This document shows positions 18,667-26,738 of a DNA stretch of 40,560 bases, one piece after another. The translations under genes were made by a program, and so were the position numbers. The notes beneath the pieces were generated by a model. It saw only the letters and a program-made list of their open reading frames with translations, did not search any database and was not told the DNA's origin. The DNA is from a virus (Duplodnaviria > Caudoviricetes), in IMG/VR virus record IMGVR_UViG_3300037461_000186, positions 1 to 40,560 of that record; one strand, written 5' to 3'. Position 1 is the stretch's first letter; every line of letters starts with the position of its first letter.

Positions 18667-20280
18667 ATGGCCGGAACCATCGCCCCCGTCATCAAGCACC
18701 AGTTCTTCACCGACGCCGGCATCATCGCGTCGGGCTATCTGCTCTTCTCCTACGAGGCCGGGACCACCACTCCGCTCTCCTGCTATCAGGACGCGGACCT
18801 CCTGATCCCTCACACCAACCCGATCACGCTCGACGCCGCGGGCAGGGCCACGATCTTCCTCGCCGCCGCATCGTACAAGTTCAGCCTCGCGCTTCCGACC
18901 GACACCGTGCCCGACTCCCCGGTGTGGACCGTGGACGAGGTGGACTCCCTCGCGGGGATCTCGGTCAATCAGGATGTGGTCGCCGTGGCCGGGGAAGCGA
19001 TCACCGCCCTCGACGCGGTGTACGTCTCGGACGGCAGCGGTGGGCTCACCGCGGGCCGGTGGTACAAAGCCGACTCCACGAACGCCTACTCCTCGAGCTC
19101 AGCGTTCCTCGTCGGCATCGCGCCGGCCTCGATCTCCATTGGGGAGACGGGGACGGTTCGCATCCTGGGGCGGGTGACGGGGCTGTCGAGCCTGACTGCG
19201 GGGTCGATCTACTACGCGGACTCGACCCCTGGTGCAATCGTCGCCAGTGCGCCGAGCAATGCCCGTATCATCGGGTTCGCGGACTCGACCACGACGCTCC
19301 TCGTCTCCTCGTCCGGGAGCGCGACGACGGTCGTGAGCGGCGGGAGCGGGGACAACGGCGAGCAGCTCATCGCGGACACGCAGATGCTGATCTGGGCTGC
19401 TGGTGACGCGGCGGCTCCGTCGCACTACGTTCTGGGCGGGACGACGCCGACGATCACGCGGGCCGGGGACGGCCTCGGGGACACGAACCGCAAGTATGGA
19501 CCGTACTGCGCGAAGCTGACGGGCGCCGCGGGGGGGGCGGGGACGCTCCTGCAGTACGTCCTGCCGGCGGCGTCGTTCGACTCGTACTGGCAGGGGCAGT
19601 CTTTCTCGATGGGGGCGTGGGTCAAGTGCTCCTCGCCTTCCTCGGCGCGACTGCTGATCTACGATGGAATAGGCACGTCCAACTCCAGCTATCACAGCGG
19701 GGGCGGCGCGTGGGAGTGGCTCACGGTCACGAGGACACTCGACGGTGCGGCGTCGGAGCTCACGATGGGCTTCGAGACGGCGCAGTCGGTAGTGTCCTAC
19801 GTCTCGGGGATGCGCGGAGTGCGGGGCGGGACGGTGCCCGCGGGGCCAGCGCCGAGCCCGAGCGTGTACGGCACGATCATCTTCAAAAAGAGCGGGGACT
19901 GCTCCGCGGCCGAGGACTTCGACGGGTTCATGCCGTCGAGGCCGCTGATCGTCAAGGACGTGGTGCTTCGCATCCTGACCGCCCCGACTGGCGCCAATCT
20001 GGTCGTGGATGTGAAGCACTGGGACGGTGCCGCGAGCCAGACCATGTTCTCCAGCAAGCCGACGATCACCGCCGCAGGGAACTACGGCGAGAGCCAGCCG
20101 GACGGGACGTATCGCTACCGTTGCTTCACCGGCTCCCAGGCGGCGACGTATACGGACGGTCTGATGTCCGTGGACATCGACTCGGTGGGCTCCACCATCG
20201 CGGGCGCGAACCTGACCATCTTCGTGAGGTGCCTGCAGTACCTGAGGCCGCTCGAATCCTTCCTCGGCTACAACGAGTAG
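18667..20280 (+). CDS. Tailspike/tail fibre with a carbohydrate-binding-like module
   Basis: N-terminal virion-anchor motif QFF..G..L..YEAGTTTP...NPITLDAAGRA; AGEAITALDAVY..WYKAD module; CBM-like FSMGAWVK..GGGAWEWLTVT. Confidence 0.7.
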   Translation: MAGTIAPVIKHQFFTDAGIIASGYLLFSYEAGTTTPLSCYQDADLLIPHTNPITLDAAGRATIFLAAASYKFSLALPTDTVPDSPVWTVDEVDSLAGISVNQDVVAVAGEAITALDAVYVSDGSGGLTAGRWYKADSTNAYSSSSAFLVGIAPASISIGETGTVRILGRVTGLSSLTAGSIYYADSTPGAIVASAPSNARIIGFADSTTTLLVSSSGSATTVVSGGSGDNGEQLIADTQMLIWAAGDAAAPSHYVLGGTTPTITRAGDGLGDTNRKYGPYCAKLTGAAGGAGTLLQYVLPAASFDSYWQGQSFSMGAWVKCSSPSSARLLIYDGIGTSNSSYHSGGGAWEWLTVTRTLDGAASELTMGFETAQSVVSYVSGMRGVRGGTVPAGPAPSPSVYGTIIFKKSGDCSAAEDFDGFMPSRPLIVKDVVLRILTAPTGANLVVDVKHWDGAASQTMFSSKPTITAAGNYGESQPDGTYRYRCFTGSQAATYTDGLMSVDIDSVGSTIAGANLTIFVRCLQYLRPLESFLGYNE

Positions 20281-20283
20281 CGC

Positions 20284-20940
20284 ATGGCGACCTACCTCTG
20301 CCGCCCGAAGGCCGACGTGGCGAACTTCGGCTGGACGATCAACCTGGGGCTGTCGATGTGGTCGGTTCTCACGTCGGAGGACGACGGCAACTCCTACATT
20401 CGTACGGGCTCGACGAACCGCTACTACTACGCGCTCCTCGACAAGCCCATCGTGGGATCGGTCAGCCCCTCGACGATGTACATCCGCGCCAGGTACGCGG
20501 ACGGCCCGCCGACGCTCACTTACGGCACGGCGCTCTCGACTGTGGACCTCGACACGGACACCTATACCCCGGGCTTCGACTGGGGGCAGGATTCCTTTTC
20601 GCTGACACCCGCCTCGGGCGACGTGAACCAGAGCACGTTCGCGTGCGGCATCACGACGGACGGGACGAATCCCCAGGACGTGCGGGTGTCGTGGATCAGG
20701 CTCGACCTCGTCTACGACCAACCGAGCGCAGACGGGTGGGCGTACCTGATCGGGTCGTTCCTCGGGCCGCTCGTCGCGGTGGGACTGCAGGAGATGCCGG
20801 GGTTGATCCGGCGCGTGAACGAGCTCGCGAGGTCGGTTCCGATCGGGCATCCGTGGAGTCCGCACCGACTGCACGAGGACGAGGCTCAGGCGTACTGGCA
20901 TTCGCTGCGGGAGTTCAGAAGCCCCGTCTATAGCATCTGA
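20284..20940 (+). CDS. Hypothetical protein, last gene of the structural block
   Basis: 218-aa ORF starting 3 nt after the tailspike stop. Confidence 0.6.
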   Translation: MATYLCRPKADVANFGWTINLGLSMWSVLTSEDDGNSYIRTGSTNRYYYALLDKPIVGSVSPSTMYIRARYADGPPTLTYGTALSTVDLDTDTYTPGFDWGQDSFSLTPASGDVNQSTFACGITTDGTNPQDVRVSWIRLDLVYDQPSADGWAYLIGSFLGPLVAVGLQEMPGLIRRVNELARSVPIGHPWSPHRLHEDEAQAYWHSLREFRSPVYSI

Positions 20941-20949
20941 AGTCGAGAG

Positions 20950-20987
20950 GGCGGGGTGGGAGTCATCCCTGGCCGGGCCACCCCGCC
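20950..20987. terminator. GC-rich stem-loop at the end of the late block
   Basis: GGCGGGGTGG / CCACCCCGCC 10-bp stem; no clear U-tract. Confidence 0.4.
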
Positions 20988-21021
20988 TCCCCGATTAGGA
21001 GGCTATGCCCCGCCCAGCCCT

Positions 21022-21040
21022 ATTATAGCCGCCGCGTCAA
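21022..21040 (-). promoter_or_regulatory. Short-spacer promoter-like motif, leftward
   Basis: The minus strand reads TTGACG-CGGCGGC-TATAAT. Confidence 0.55.
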
Positions 21041-21077
21041 CGTTTTGAGGAGGTTGTGCCCTTGGCGAAGAAACCCC

Positions 21078-21106
21078 TTGACATCCTTGCGGCAGGGAGC
21101 GATATT
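21078..21106 (+). promoter_or_regulatory. Canonical sigma70-type early promoter
   Basis: TTGACA-17 nt-GATATT, with ATG 21116 close behind (nearly leaderless). Confidence 0.7.
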
Positions 21107-21115
21107 GAGGGTGCG

Positions 21116-21253
21116 ATGGCGAGCAAAGAGGTCCGGGCGTACATGGCGGCACTGGCGAGGCGCAAGGCCCGCAAGATGACAGCCGAGGAACGCCGGGACC
21201 TGGCGTTGAAGATGAACGCCGCTCGCTGGGGCAAGCGCAAGGGGGGGAAGTGA
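21116..21253 (+). CDS. Small basic putative nucleic-acid-binding protein (45 aa)
   Basis: AALARRKARKMTAEERRDLALKMNAARW resembles the common LTPEQRxEIAxKAAxARW family; first early gene. Confidence 0.6.
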   Translation: MASKEVRAYMAALARRKARKMTAEERRDLALKMNAARWGKRKGGK

Positions 21254-21459
21254 CTCTACATCCAGACGACATGGCTGTCGCGTTCGGGGTGCTCTGCACC
21301 TACGCGCCGGCTGACACGAAGAGCCTGTCGGGGTATCGGCAGATGGAAGACGCCTGGAGCCGGGCGATGATGACGCTTCAGGCCCAGATCGACCGGCGCC
21401 GGGAGGACGACCTCAACGCGCAGTACCGCTACGAGCGGGCTCGGGGGGTGGCACTGTGA
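21250..21459 (+). CDS. Hypothetical early protein
   Basis: GTGA-coupled ORF. Confidence 0.55.
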   Translation: MTLHPDDMAVAFGVLCTYAPADTKSLSGYRQMEDAWSRAMMTLQAQIDRRREDDLNAQYRYERARGVAL

Positions 21460-21707
21460 GCGCCCCGAAGGACTGGGCCGAGCGGCTGCACCGCCGCGCC
21501 TGCGGCGAGACGATCAGCATCCTCTTCAAGAACGACATCGGTCAGGCGCTCGACGTTCTGGCTGACGCGGCGAACGTACTCGAGACCGTGGCGATCGAGC
21601 TTGACAACCACTCCGACGCGGACGAGGACGGCGCGAACTGGGCGATGAGGCTCCTGCGCGACGTGGACGCCGTGCGTGACCGCATCAAGGACGGAGGTGC
21701 CCGGTGA
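21456..21707 (+). CDS. Hypothetical early protein
   Basis: GTGA-coupled ORF. Confidence 0.55.
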   Translation: MSAPKDWAERLHRRACGETISILFKNDIGQALDVLADAANVLETVAIELDNHSDADEDGANWAMRLLRDVDAVRDRIKDGGAR

Positions 21708-21949
21708 GCGACACCCTCTACGACGACTACGTCCGGGTGCAGGACGGCCGGCGCGTCTGCCTGCGCTGTTACCACTACTCCCGGCACCTGGAGGACGGCT
21801 ACTGCCCCCGCTGCAACGGGGAGGCCGAGACGGACCTCGAAGCGCGGCAGCGGGAGGCGGCGCGGCGCGGGGCGCGTCAGACGGCGGCGTACCTGCGGCG
21901 CATGGGTCATCCCGGCGAGGCGCTGATCCACGAGGAGGACGTGCGATGA
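21704..21949 (+). CDS. Zn-ribbon hypothetical protein
   Basis: CLRC..CPRC; SD GGAGG. Confidence 0.55.
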   Translation: MSDTLYDDYVRVQDGRRVCLRCYHYSRHLEDGYCPRCNGEAETDLEARQREAARRGARQTAAYLRRMGHPGEALIHEEDVR

Positions 21950-22236
21950 CCTGCCGATGCTGCGGTCGTGAACTTTCCGAGGAGCAGGGCGGCTGCCTGT
22001 GCGCGGCCCTGCCGAAGTCGAACCTCGCTTGGCGCGACCTCCCGGTGACGGAGGGAAGCGCGATGCTGCGCCGGCTCGCCGCCCAGCAGTTGGAGTTCGC
22101 TGCCTACTACGAGTCGATGGGGCGGGCCGAGGCGGGGATGCACCGCCGCTGTGCCGAGGACTGGATTCGCGGCGCGGAGGCCCTCGAGGCCCAGGCCGCG
22201 GAGGACTCGCGGTGCTCCGACGAGGAGGCGCTGTGA
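21946..22236 (+). CDS. Hypothetical early protein
   Basis: ATGA-coupled, SD GAGGAGG, begins MTCRCCG. Confidence 0.5.
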   Translation: MTCRCCGRELSEEQGGCLCAALPKSNLAWRDLPVTEGSAMLRRLAAQQLEFAAYYESMGRAEAGMHRRCAEDWIRGAEALEAQAAEDSRCSDEEAL

Positions 22237-22544
22237 GCAAGCACACGCCGGGGCCGTGGACGGTTGGCACGAGTGCCACATGTTCCGTCTGGGTTGATGA
22301 GATACAGGTAGCGTCGTGTGACTGGCGCTCTGAAGACGGCTCCGCGCCGGACCCAGATTATCGGGTGGCGAGCCTGGATGAGCGCGAGGCCAACGCCCGC
22401 CTGATCGCCGCCGCGCCGGACCTGCTGGTGGCAGCGATTGCCCTATGCCGGAAGTTGAGCGAGTACGCCGACGATGGGCTCGATGTTCCCGGCGAGAGGT
22501 TGGCGCTGGAGGCCGCGATCCGCAAGGCCGAGGAGGGGCTGTGA
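22233..22544 (+). CDS. Conserved phage protein of the HTPGPW / ANARLIAAAP family
   Basis: SKHTPGPW...EANARLIAAAPDLL. Confidence 0.75.
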   Translation: MSKHTPGPWTVGTSATCSVWVDEIQVASCDWRSEDGSAPDPDYRVASLDEREANARLIAAAPDLLVAAIALCRKLSEYADDGLDVPGERLALEAAIRKAEEGL

Positions 22545-22717
22545 TCGCCTGCTGCCCGAGCTGCGGCCGGCTCCGTGTGGACGGCAAGTGGGGTTACTGG
22601 GACGTAGCCCCGCACGAGACGGAGACGTGTCCGTCCTGTGAGGAGGTGAAAGCCGAGAACCAGCGGCTCATGGATCGGGCGCTCGAACTACGGCGGACCG
22701 CGAGGGCGCAGCGATGA
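22541..22717 (+). CDS. Zn-ribbon hypothetical protein
   Basis: CCPSC...HETETCPSC. Confidence 0.5.
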   Translation: MIACCPSCGRLRVDGKWGYWDVAPHETETCPSCEEVKAENQRLMDRALELRRTARAQR

Positions 22718-22971
22718 GCGCTGGCCTGCCGGTTCGCTGTGAGTTTTGCGGCCGGGTCCGACATGGGCTCGGGCAAGACTGGTTCATCCACTCTTTGGAG
22801 TTCATCCGTGAGGTGGCGGGGGCGTGCCGGTCCTGCGGTGACGAGCGGCACGACGAAGCCGAGCGAACGTACTGGCGCGAGTGGCGTGCAGCGCAGCGAA
22901 GGAAGGCGACCGGGCGGTGCGCTCCGGTCGAGGGCGACGTGTTCCGGGGAATGAGGGGAGAAGACGAATGA
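22714..22971 (+). CDS. Zn-ribbon hypothetical protein
   Basis: CEFC..CRSC; coupled on both sides. Confidence 0.5.
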   Translation: MSAGLPVRCEFCGRVRHGLGQDWFIHSLEFIREVAGACRSCGDERHDEAERTYWREWRAAQRRKATGRCAPVEGDVFRGMRGEDE

Positions 22972-23339
22972 GCAACTGGCGTGACGCACTTCCGTCGCAG
23001 TGGCTGAAGGCGGCGGACTTCGAGAAGCCGGGCCTGCTGACGATCCGCAAGTTCAGCATCGAGCAACTGGGCGACGACAAGCGGCCGGTCGTCTGGTTCG
23101 ACGAGGTCGAGAAGGGCCTCGCGCTGAACATCGTGAACGGCTCCACCATCGAGGACATCTGCGGCAGCGCAGACCCGGAGCGGTGGGTCGGGCACAAGAT
23201 CGTCTGCTTCAAGACCCAGACCGACTACCAGGGTAAGCGAGTGGACTGCATCCGCATTCGGGCGCCGCGACCGGGCACGGTGGCACAGCCGGCCCCGGCT
23301 CCGGAGTTCCTGCCCAGCGACGACGACGTGCCCTTCTAG
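22968..23339 (+). CDS. Putative single-stranded DNA-binding protein
   Basis: PSQWLKAAD..KGLALN..N..W.G.KI...IRIR core with an acidic SSB-type tail DDDVPF. Confidence 0.6.
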   Translation: MSNWRDALPSQWLKAADFEKPGLLTIRKFSIEQLGDDKRPVVWFDEVEKGLALNIVNGSTIEDICGSADPERWVGHKIVCFKTQTDYQGKRVDCIRIRAPRPGTVAQPAPAPEFLPSDDDVPF

Positions 23340-23348
23340 GCCCAGCAC

Positions 23349-23771
23349 ATGGCCTACGTCCCGCGCATCCCGGCCCGAGTAGACGAGCAGGGCCAGCTAC
23401 GCCCGGCCGATCCGGTGGCCTGGCGCAGCTACCTCGCCCGCAACAAGGGCCGGGATGTGTGGGTCACGGTGACGCGGCAACAGGTGTCGCGCTCGCCGCA
23501 GGCGAACCGCTACTACTGGGGCGTCGTGGTCGAGGAGGTGGCGTCGTACATCGGGGAGAGCCGCGAGGAGACGCACCAGCTACTCAAGGCGCAGTTCCTT
23601 CCGAGCCGGGACATCGAGTTGCTCGACGGCAAGCGGCTGAAGATGCCGCCGTCTACTACGCGGCTGACGGTGGAGGAGTTTGCTTGGTACGTCGAGGCGG
23701 TGCGGGCGTGGGCGGCGCGGTTTCTCGGGCTGTCGATTCCCGATCCGGGAGAGGTGGAGGTGGTGCTGTGA
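23349..23771 (+). CDS. NinB/Orf-like recombination mediator
   Basis: RSPQANRYYWGVV...HQLLKAQFL...STTRLTVEEFAWYVE...GLSIPDP. Confidence 0.7.
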   Translation: MAYVPRIPARVDEQGQLRPADPVAWRSYLARNKGRDVWVTVTRQQVSRSPQANRYYWGVVVEEVASYIGESREETHQLLKAQFLPSRDIELLDGKRLKMPPSTTRLTVEEFAWYVEAVRAWAARFLGLSIPDPGEVEVVL

Positions 23772-24004
23772 CGATGCATCTGCTGCACGGGGGCCAGCGG
23801 GAGCGGATCACCCGGTCGGAGCTCGACGCTCTGGACCGGGCCCTCACCCGCATCCGCTGGGAGGAGGCTTACGCCGAGGTCAGCCGGCGCCGGGCGCGGT
23901 GGGAGCGGTCGTGGCGTAGGCGGGCGCGGAAGACGCTGCGGGGCGCTGGGCTGTGGCTCACCGCGGCGCTCGGGGCCGTCCTCGCGTGGTGGGGGCGGCG
24001 GTAG
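23768..24004 (+). CDS. Small protein with a C-terminal membrane anchor
   Basis: GTGA-coupled; hydrophobic GAGLWLTAALGAVLAWW. Confidence 0.5.
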   Translation: MTMHLLHGGQRERITRSELDALDRALTRIRWEEAYAEVSRRRARWERSWRRRARKTLRGAGLWLTAALGAVLAWWGRR

Positions 24005-24025
24005 TGCGTGGTCGTGGGTCGAAGA

Positions 24026-24218
24026 GTGGGGGCCTGGGTTTGATTTTCACCCAGTCCAAGCTGCTGGTCCCCTCCGGCAGCGCCCCCACCCTCCGGTCTG
24101 CGACCGGCGGCGCCGGGCCGATCCCGGTCTGTGACGGTACTGGAGGGACTAGCGCAGCAGACGACTCCTGTTTCCGTGAGTGGCAGGTCGGGCCGGGGGC
24201 GGGTCACTCCCCCGGCCC
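24026..24218 (+). ncRNA. Candidate structured RNA (three-way junction plus hairpins); strand assumed from operon direction
   Basis: Stems 24026-33/24082-89, 24034-39/24049-54, 24060-67/24074-81, 24093-98/24102-07 and 24190-99/24209-18. Confidence 0.4.
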
Positions 24219-24241
24219 ACTTTCGTTCAGGGGAGGCGTGG

Positions 24242-24697
24242 ATGGGGTTGGGAGGGCTGGGAGCCGTGGGTGACTCAGGGAAGGCCGTAACGGACTTGCT
24301 GGGTGGCAAGGATGAGGCGTGGCGGCACTGTCGGCGCTGCCGCAAGGCGTTCGTGGCACGCCGAAGGGACCATGTCTTCTGCTCGGGCCGCTGCGCCGAG
24401 AGCGACTACAACTCCCGCCGGCCCGTGGTCAGGACGGAGCAGCCCCGGTTCGACTTCACCCCGGCCGCGCACGACCTCGCCGTCGAGGGCCGGCGCCGGG
24501 AGTCCAAGGCGCGGGCGATCGTGGCCCTCCTCGCGGAGCGGCCGGCGACCACCTGGGATCTCGCCCGTGTCGGCGGCATCCGCTTCAGCGCCCGGCTTCA
24601 GGAGCTTGAGGCCGAGGGGCTGCGGTACGAGCGAGAGGACCGGGGGGATCACTCGGTCTACCGCATGACCTCGGCGCCGACGTGGTGGGCGGCATGA
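24242..24697 (+). CDS. Zn-finger plus winged-HTH putative DNA-binding protein
   Basis: CRRCRKAF..HVFCSGRC; TTWDLARVGGIRFSARLQELEAEG; SD GGAGG at 24232. Start uncertain. Confidence 0.6.
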   Translation: MGLGGLGAVGDSGKAVTDLLGGKDEAWRHCRRCRKAFVARRRDHVFCSGRCAESDYNSRRPVVRTEQPRFDFTPAAHDLAVEGRRRESKARAIVALLAERPATTWDLARVGGIRFSARLQELEAEGLRYEREDRGDHSVYRMTSAPTWWAA

Positions 24698-24840
24698 GCG
24701 GGCTGTCGCGGGACGACGGTCGGCACCTGTCTGCCGAGGGGGAGGACGGGGCTCGGGCGCTGTGCGGGATGGTCGCCGCGCTGGCCCTGAGCTGCGTCCT
24801 GTGGCTGTGCATCGGGATTCTGCTAGGGGGGCTGCTGTGA
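24694..24840 (+). CDS. Small membrane protein (48 aa), not in the ORF track
   Basis: ATGA-coupled; ALCGMVAALALSCVLWLCIGILLGGLL. Confidence 0.5.
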   Translation: MSGLSRDDGRHLSAEGEDGARALCGMVAALALSCVLWLCIGILLGGLL

Positions 24841-24974
24841 CCTGGGTCGAGGTGTGGGCGATGTGCATGGTCGGGCTCGCTGCGTGGGCGTGGTGGCGGC
24901 TGGACCGGCTGGGGGACGAGCGGGTGAGCCCGGGGTGGCGTCGGCGGCACGAGGCCGGGAGGGACCAGCGATGA
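24837..24974 (+). CDS. Small membrane protein
   Basis: GTGA-coupled; hydrophobic N-terminus. Confidence 0.45.
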   Translation: MTWVEVWAMCMVGLAAWAWWRLDRLGDERVSPGWRRRHEAGRDQR

Positions 24975-25285
24975 ACGTCTACTGCGTGCTGTCCGAGATG
25001 TTCGAGGACGGTGGTTCCGGCTACGAGCCGCCCGAGTGGGCGCGGATCGCCGTGATCGTCGCCGCACCGTCTCGGGGCCGCGCCCGCTATCTCGCCGTCC
25101 GAAGTGACCGTTCGTTTCGTCGCTACGGGCCTAGAGACTGGCCGAGGCTGTGGTGCAAGCGCATAGGTCAAGGACTGCTGCGCGAAGGCGTGCTGGGCTC
25201 CCCGGAAGAGGACAAGTGGTGGCCTCGGCTAGAGGGCTGGGACCCGGCCCGGCGCCGGCACGACCGCGGCGAGGGGCAGCTCTAG
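24971..25285 (+). CDS. Hypothetical protein
   Basis: ATGA-coupled; MNVYCV..IVAAPSRGRARY. Confidence 0.55.
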   Translation: MNVYCVLSEMFEDGGSGYEPPEWARIAVIVAAPSRGRARYLAVRSDRSFRRYGPRDWPRLWCKRIGQGLLREGVLGSPEEDKWWPRLEGWDPARRRHDRGEGQL

Positions 25286-26644
25286 GTGTGCGCGTACTCG
25301 ACCTCTTCTCAGGGATCGGCGGCTTCGCCCTCGGGCTCGAGTCCGTCGGATTCCAGACCATCGGGTTCTGCGAGATCGAAGCATTCCCCCGAGCAGTGCT
25401 TGCCCACCACTGGCCCCACGTCCCCATCCACGACGACGTGCGGACCCTCTCAGCCGAGTCTGTTCCCTGGCTGCGAGCCGAGGCCGAGCGAGGCATCGAC
25501 CTCATCTGCGGAGGATTCCCCTGCCAGGACATCTCGGTCGCGGGGAAAGGGGCAGGACTCAGCGGGGCCAGATCGGGGCTTTGGCGCGAGTGCTCCCGGC
25601 TTGTGGGGGAGCTTAGACCCCGTTGGGCACTGTTTGAGAATGTCGGTGCTCTCAAGCAGCGAGGCATTGACCGGGTGTGCTCGGATCTGGAGGGCCACGG
25701 CTACGCCGTCTGGCCGCTTCTGGTGGGTGCTGGCGTCGGCGTCGGAGCGCCCCACCGAAGGGACCGAGTCTGGATCGTGGCCCACCGCCAGAGCGGAGGA
25801 CAGCGAGTCGGCGGGAGCGCATGTCACGCGGGGGACTGCGGAGACTCTGACGGCGGCGGCACGGGACTGGGCCACGCCCAACACGATGACGGGCGGGCAG
25901 ACGAGCCGGGGCGGGGACAGGAAGGGGGAACTGCTGCTCGGTGGTCAGGTGCGTCGGAGTTGGACAACTCCGACGCAGGACGACGCGGGCGGGAGGGCGA
26001 CCCGGTACAAGCAGGGCGGGACGAGCCTGAGCGCCCAGACTCAGCGGTCGGCCTGGCCGACCGCCACCAGCCGGGACTGCGTGTCGAGCGGGGCAGCGAA
26101 CTACAGCACGGAGTCGGGGCGGCACAGCGGGACGACGCTGACCGACGCGGCGAACGGCCTGTGGGCGACGCCGGCCGCAGCGGATCACAAGAACTGCGGC
26201 GGGACTGGAACCAGCGACTACAAGACCTTGCCGGGGGATGTACTCCGCGCTGGCCTGCTCGACCAGGGGAGCCCCAGCACGACTGGGAAGAGCCGAGACT
26301 GGCCTACAGCACGGGCCGGAACCGACACGCTAGTGGGCGGCACGGGGAATCTGGCCCAGCTCCGGGGAACGGAGCTGGCAAAGGGGATGGGAAACAGGGG
26401 GTCGCTGAACTCGCGTTGGGTAGCGCAGTTGATGGGCTACCCGTCGGACTGGTGCGCGAGCTCGCTGCTCGACACGGCCTCTCGGAAGCTTTTGTCGCGG
26501 AGTGGTGGACGCGCAATCGCCTCAAGGTCGAAAGGGCGCACAACCGGGACGCGCTCAAAGCCTACGGCAACTCGGTCGTCCCGCAAGTCGTCGCCATCAT
26601 CGGCAAGGCCATCCTCGAAGCGGACAGGGAGCAGCGATGAGTAG
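25286..26644 (+). CDS. Overlapping alternative-frame ORF: putative second (beta-like) methyltransferase chain; true start probably internal
   Basis: Six W(P/A/T)T(P/A) repeats and LNSRWVAQLMGYPSDW, which resembles motif IX. Confidence 0.65.
   Translation: MCAYSTSSQGSAASPSGSSPSDSRPSGSARSKHSPEQCLPTTGPTSPSTTTCGPSQPSLFPGCEPRPSEASTSSAEDSPARTSRSRGKGQDSAGPDRGFGASAPGLWGSLDPVGHCLRMSVLSSSEALTGCARIWRATATPSGRFWWVLASASERPTEGTESGSWPTARAEDSESAGAHVTRGTAETLTAAARDWATPNTMTGGQTSRGGDRKGELLLGGQVRRSWTTPTQDDAGGRATRYKQGGTSLSAQTQRSAWPTATSRDCVSSGAANYSTESGRHSGTTLTDAANGLWATPAAADHKNCGGTGTSDYKTLPGDVLRAGLLDQGSPSTTGKSRDWPTARAGTDTLVGGTGNLAQLRGTELAKGMGNRGSLNSRWVAQLMGYPSDWCASSLLDTASRKLLSRSGGRAIASRSKGRTTGTRSKPTATRSSRKSSPSSARPSSKRTGSSDE
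25288..26640 (+). CDS. C5-cytosine DNA methyltransferase, catalytic (alpha-like) chain
   Basis: Motifs I (DLFSGIGG), IV (GGFPCQD), VI (ENV), VIII (PHRRDRVW) and X (LKAYGNSVVPQ). Confidence 0.85.
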   Translation: MRVLDLFSGIGGFALGLESVGFQTIGFCEIEAFPRAVLAHHWPHVPIHDDVRTLSAESVPWLRAEAERGIDLICGGFPCQDISVAGKGAGLSGARSGLWRECSRLVGELRPRWALFENVGALKQRGIDRVCSDLEGHGYAVWPLLVGAGVGVGAPHRRDRVWIVAHRQSGGQRVGGSACHAGDCGDSDGGGTGLGHAQHDDGRADEPGRGQEGGTAARWSGASELDNSDAGRRGREGDPVQAGRDEPERPDSAVGLADRHQPGLRVERGSELQHGVGAAQRDDADRRGERPVGDAGRSGSQELRRDWNQRLQDLAGGCTPRWPARPGEPQHDWEEPRLAYSTGRNRHASGRHGESGPAPGNGAGKGDGKQGVAELALGSAVDGLPVGLVRELAARHGLSEAFVAEWWTRNRLKVERAHNRDALKAYGNSVVPQVVAIIGKAILEADREQR

Positions 26645-26738
26645 CCTCGACGGGGTGGTTGCGGGCCTGGTGCTCTGGGCGGTCATCGTGGCGCTGGAGC
26701 TCGCGTGGCTGCTCAAGCACGGGCGCAGGAGCCGATGA
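26637..26738 (+). CDS. Small membrane peptide (33 aa)
   Basis: ATGA-coupled on both sides; VVAGLVLWAVIVALELAWLL. Confidence 0.45.
   Translation: MSSLDGVVAGLVLWAVIVALELAWLLKHGRRSR

Noticed and set aside
1999-20901. Long minus-strand ORFs (e.g. 1999..4128, 4136..6355, 7707..9944, 19099..20901)
   Set aside because: They are antisense shadows of high-GC3 genes, with R/L/V/G-rich low-information translations and no motifs.
21601-21606. Isolated TTGACA hexamers inside genes (also near 27105)
   Set aside because: No -10 box at either 7- or 17-bp spacing.
24026-24089. tRNA gene
   Set aside because: Only a three-way junction; no T-loop GTTC, anticodon arm or CCA end.
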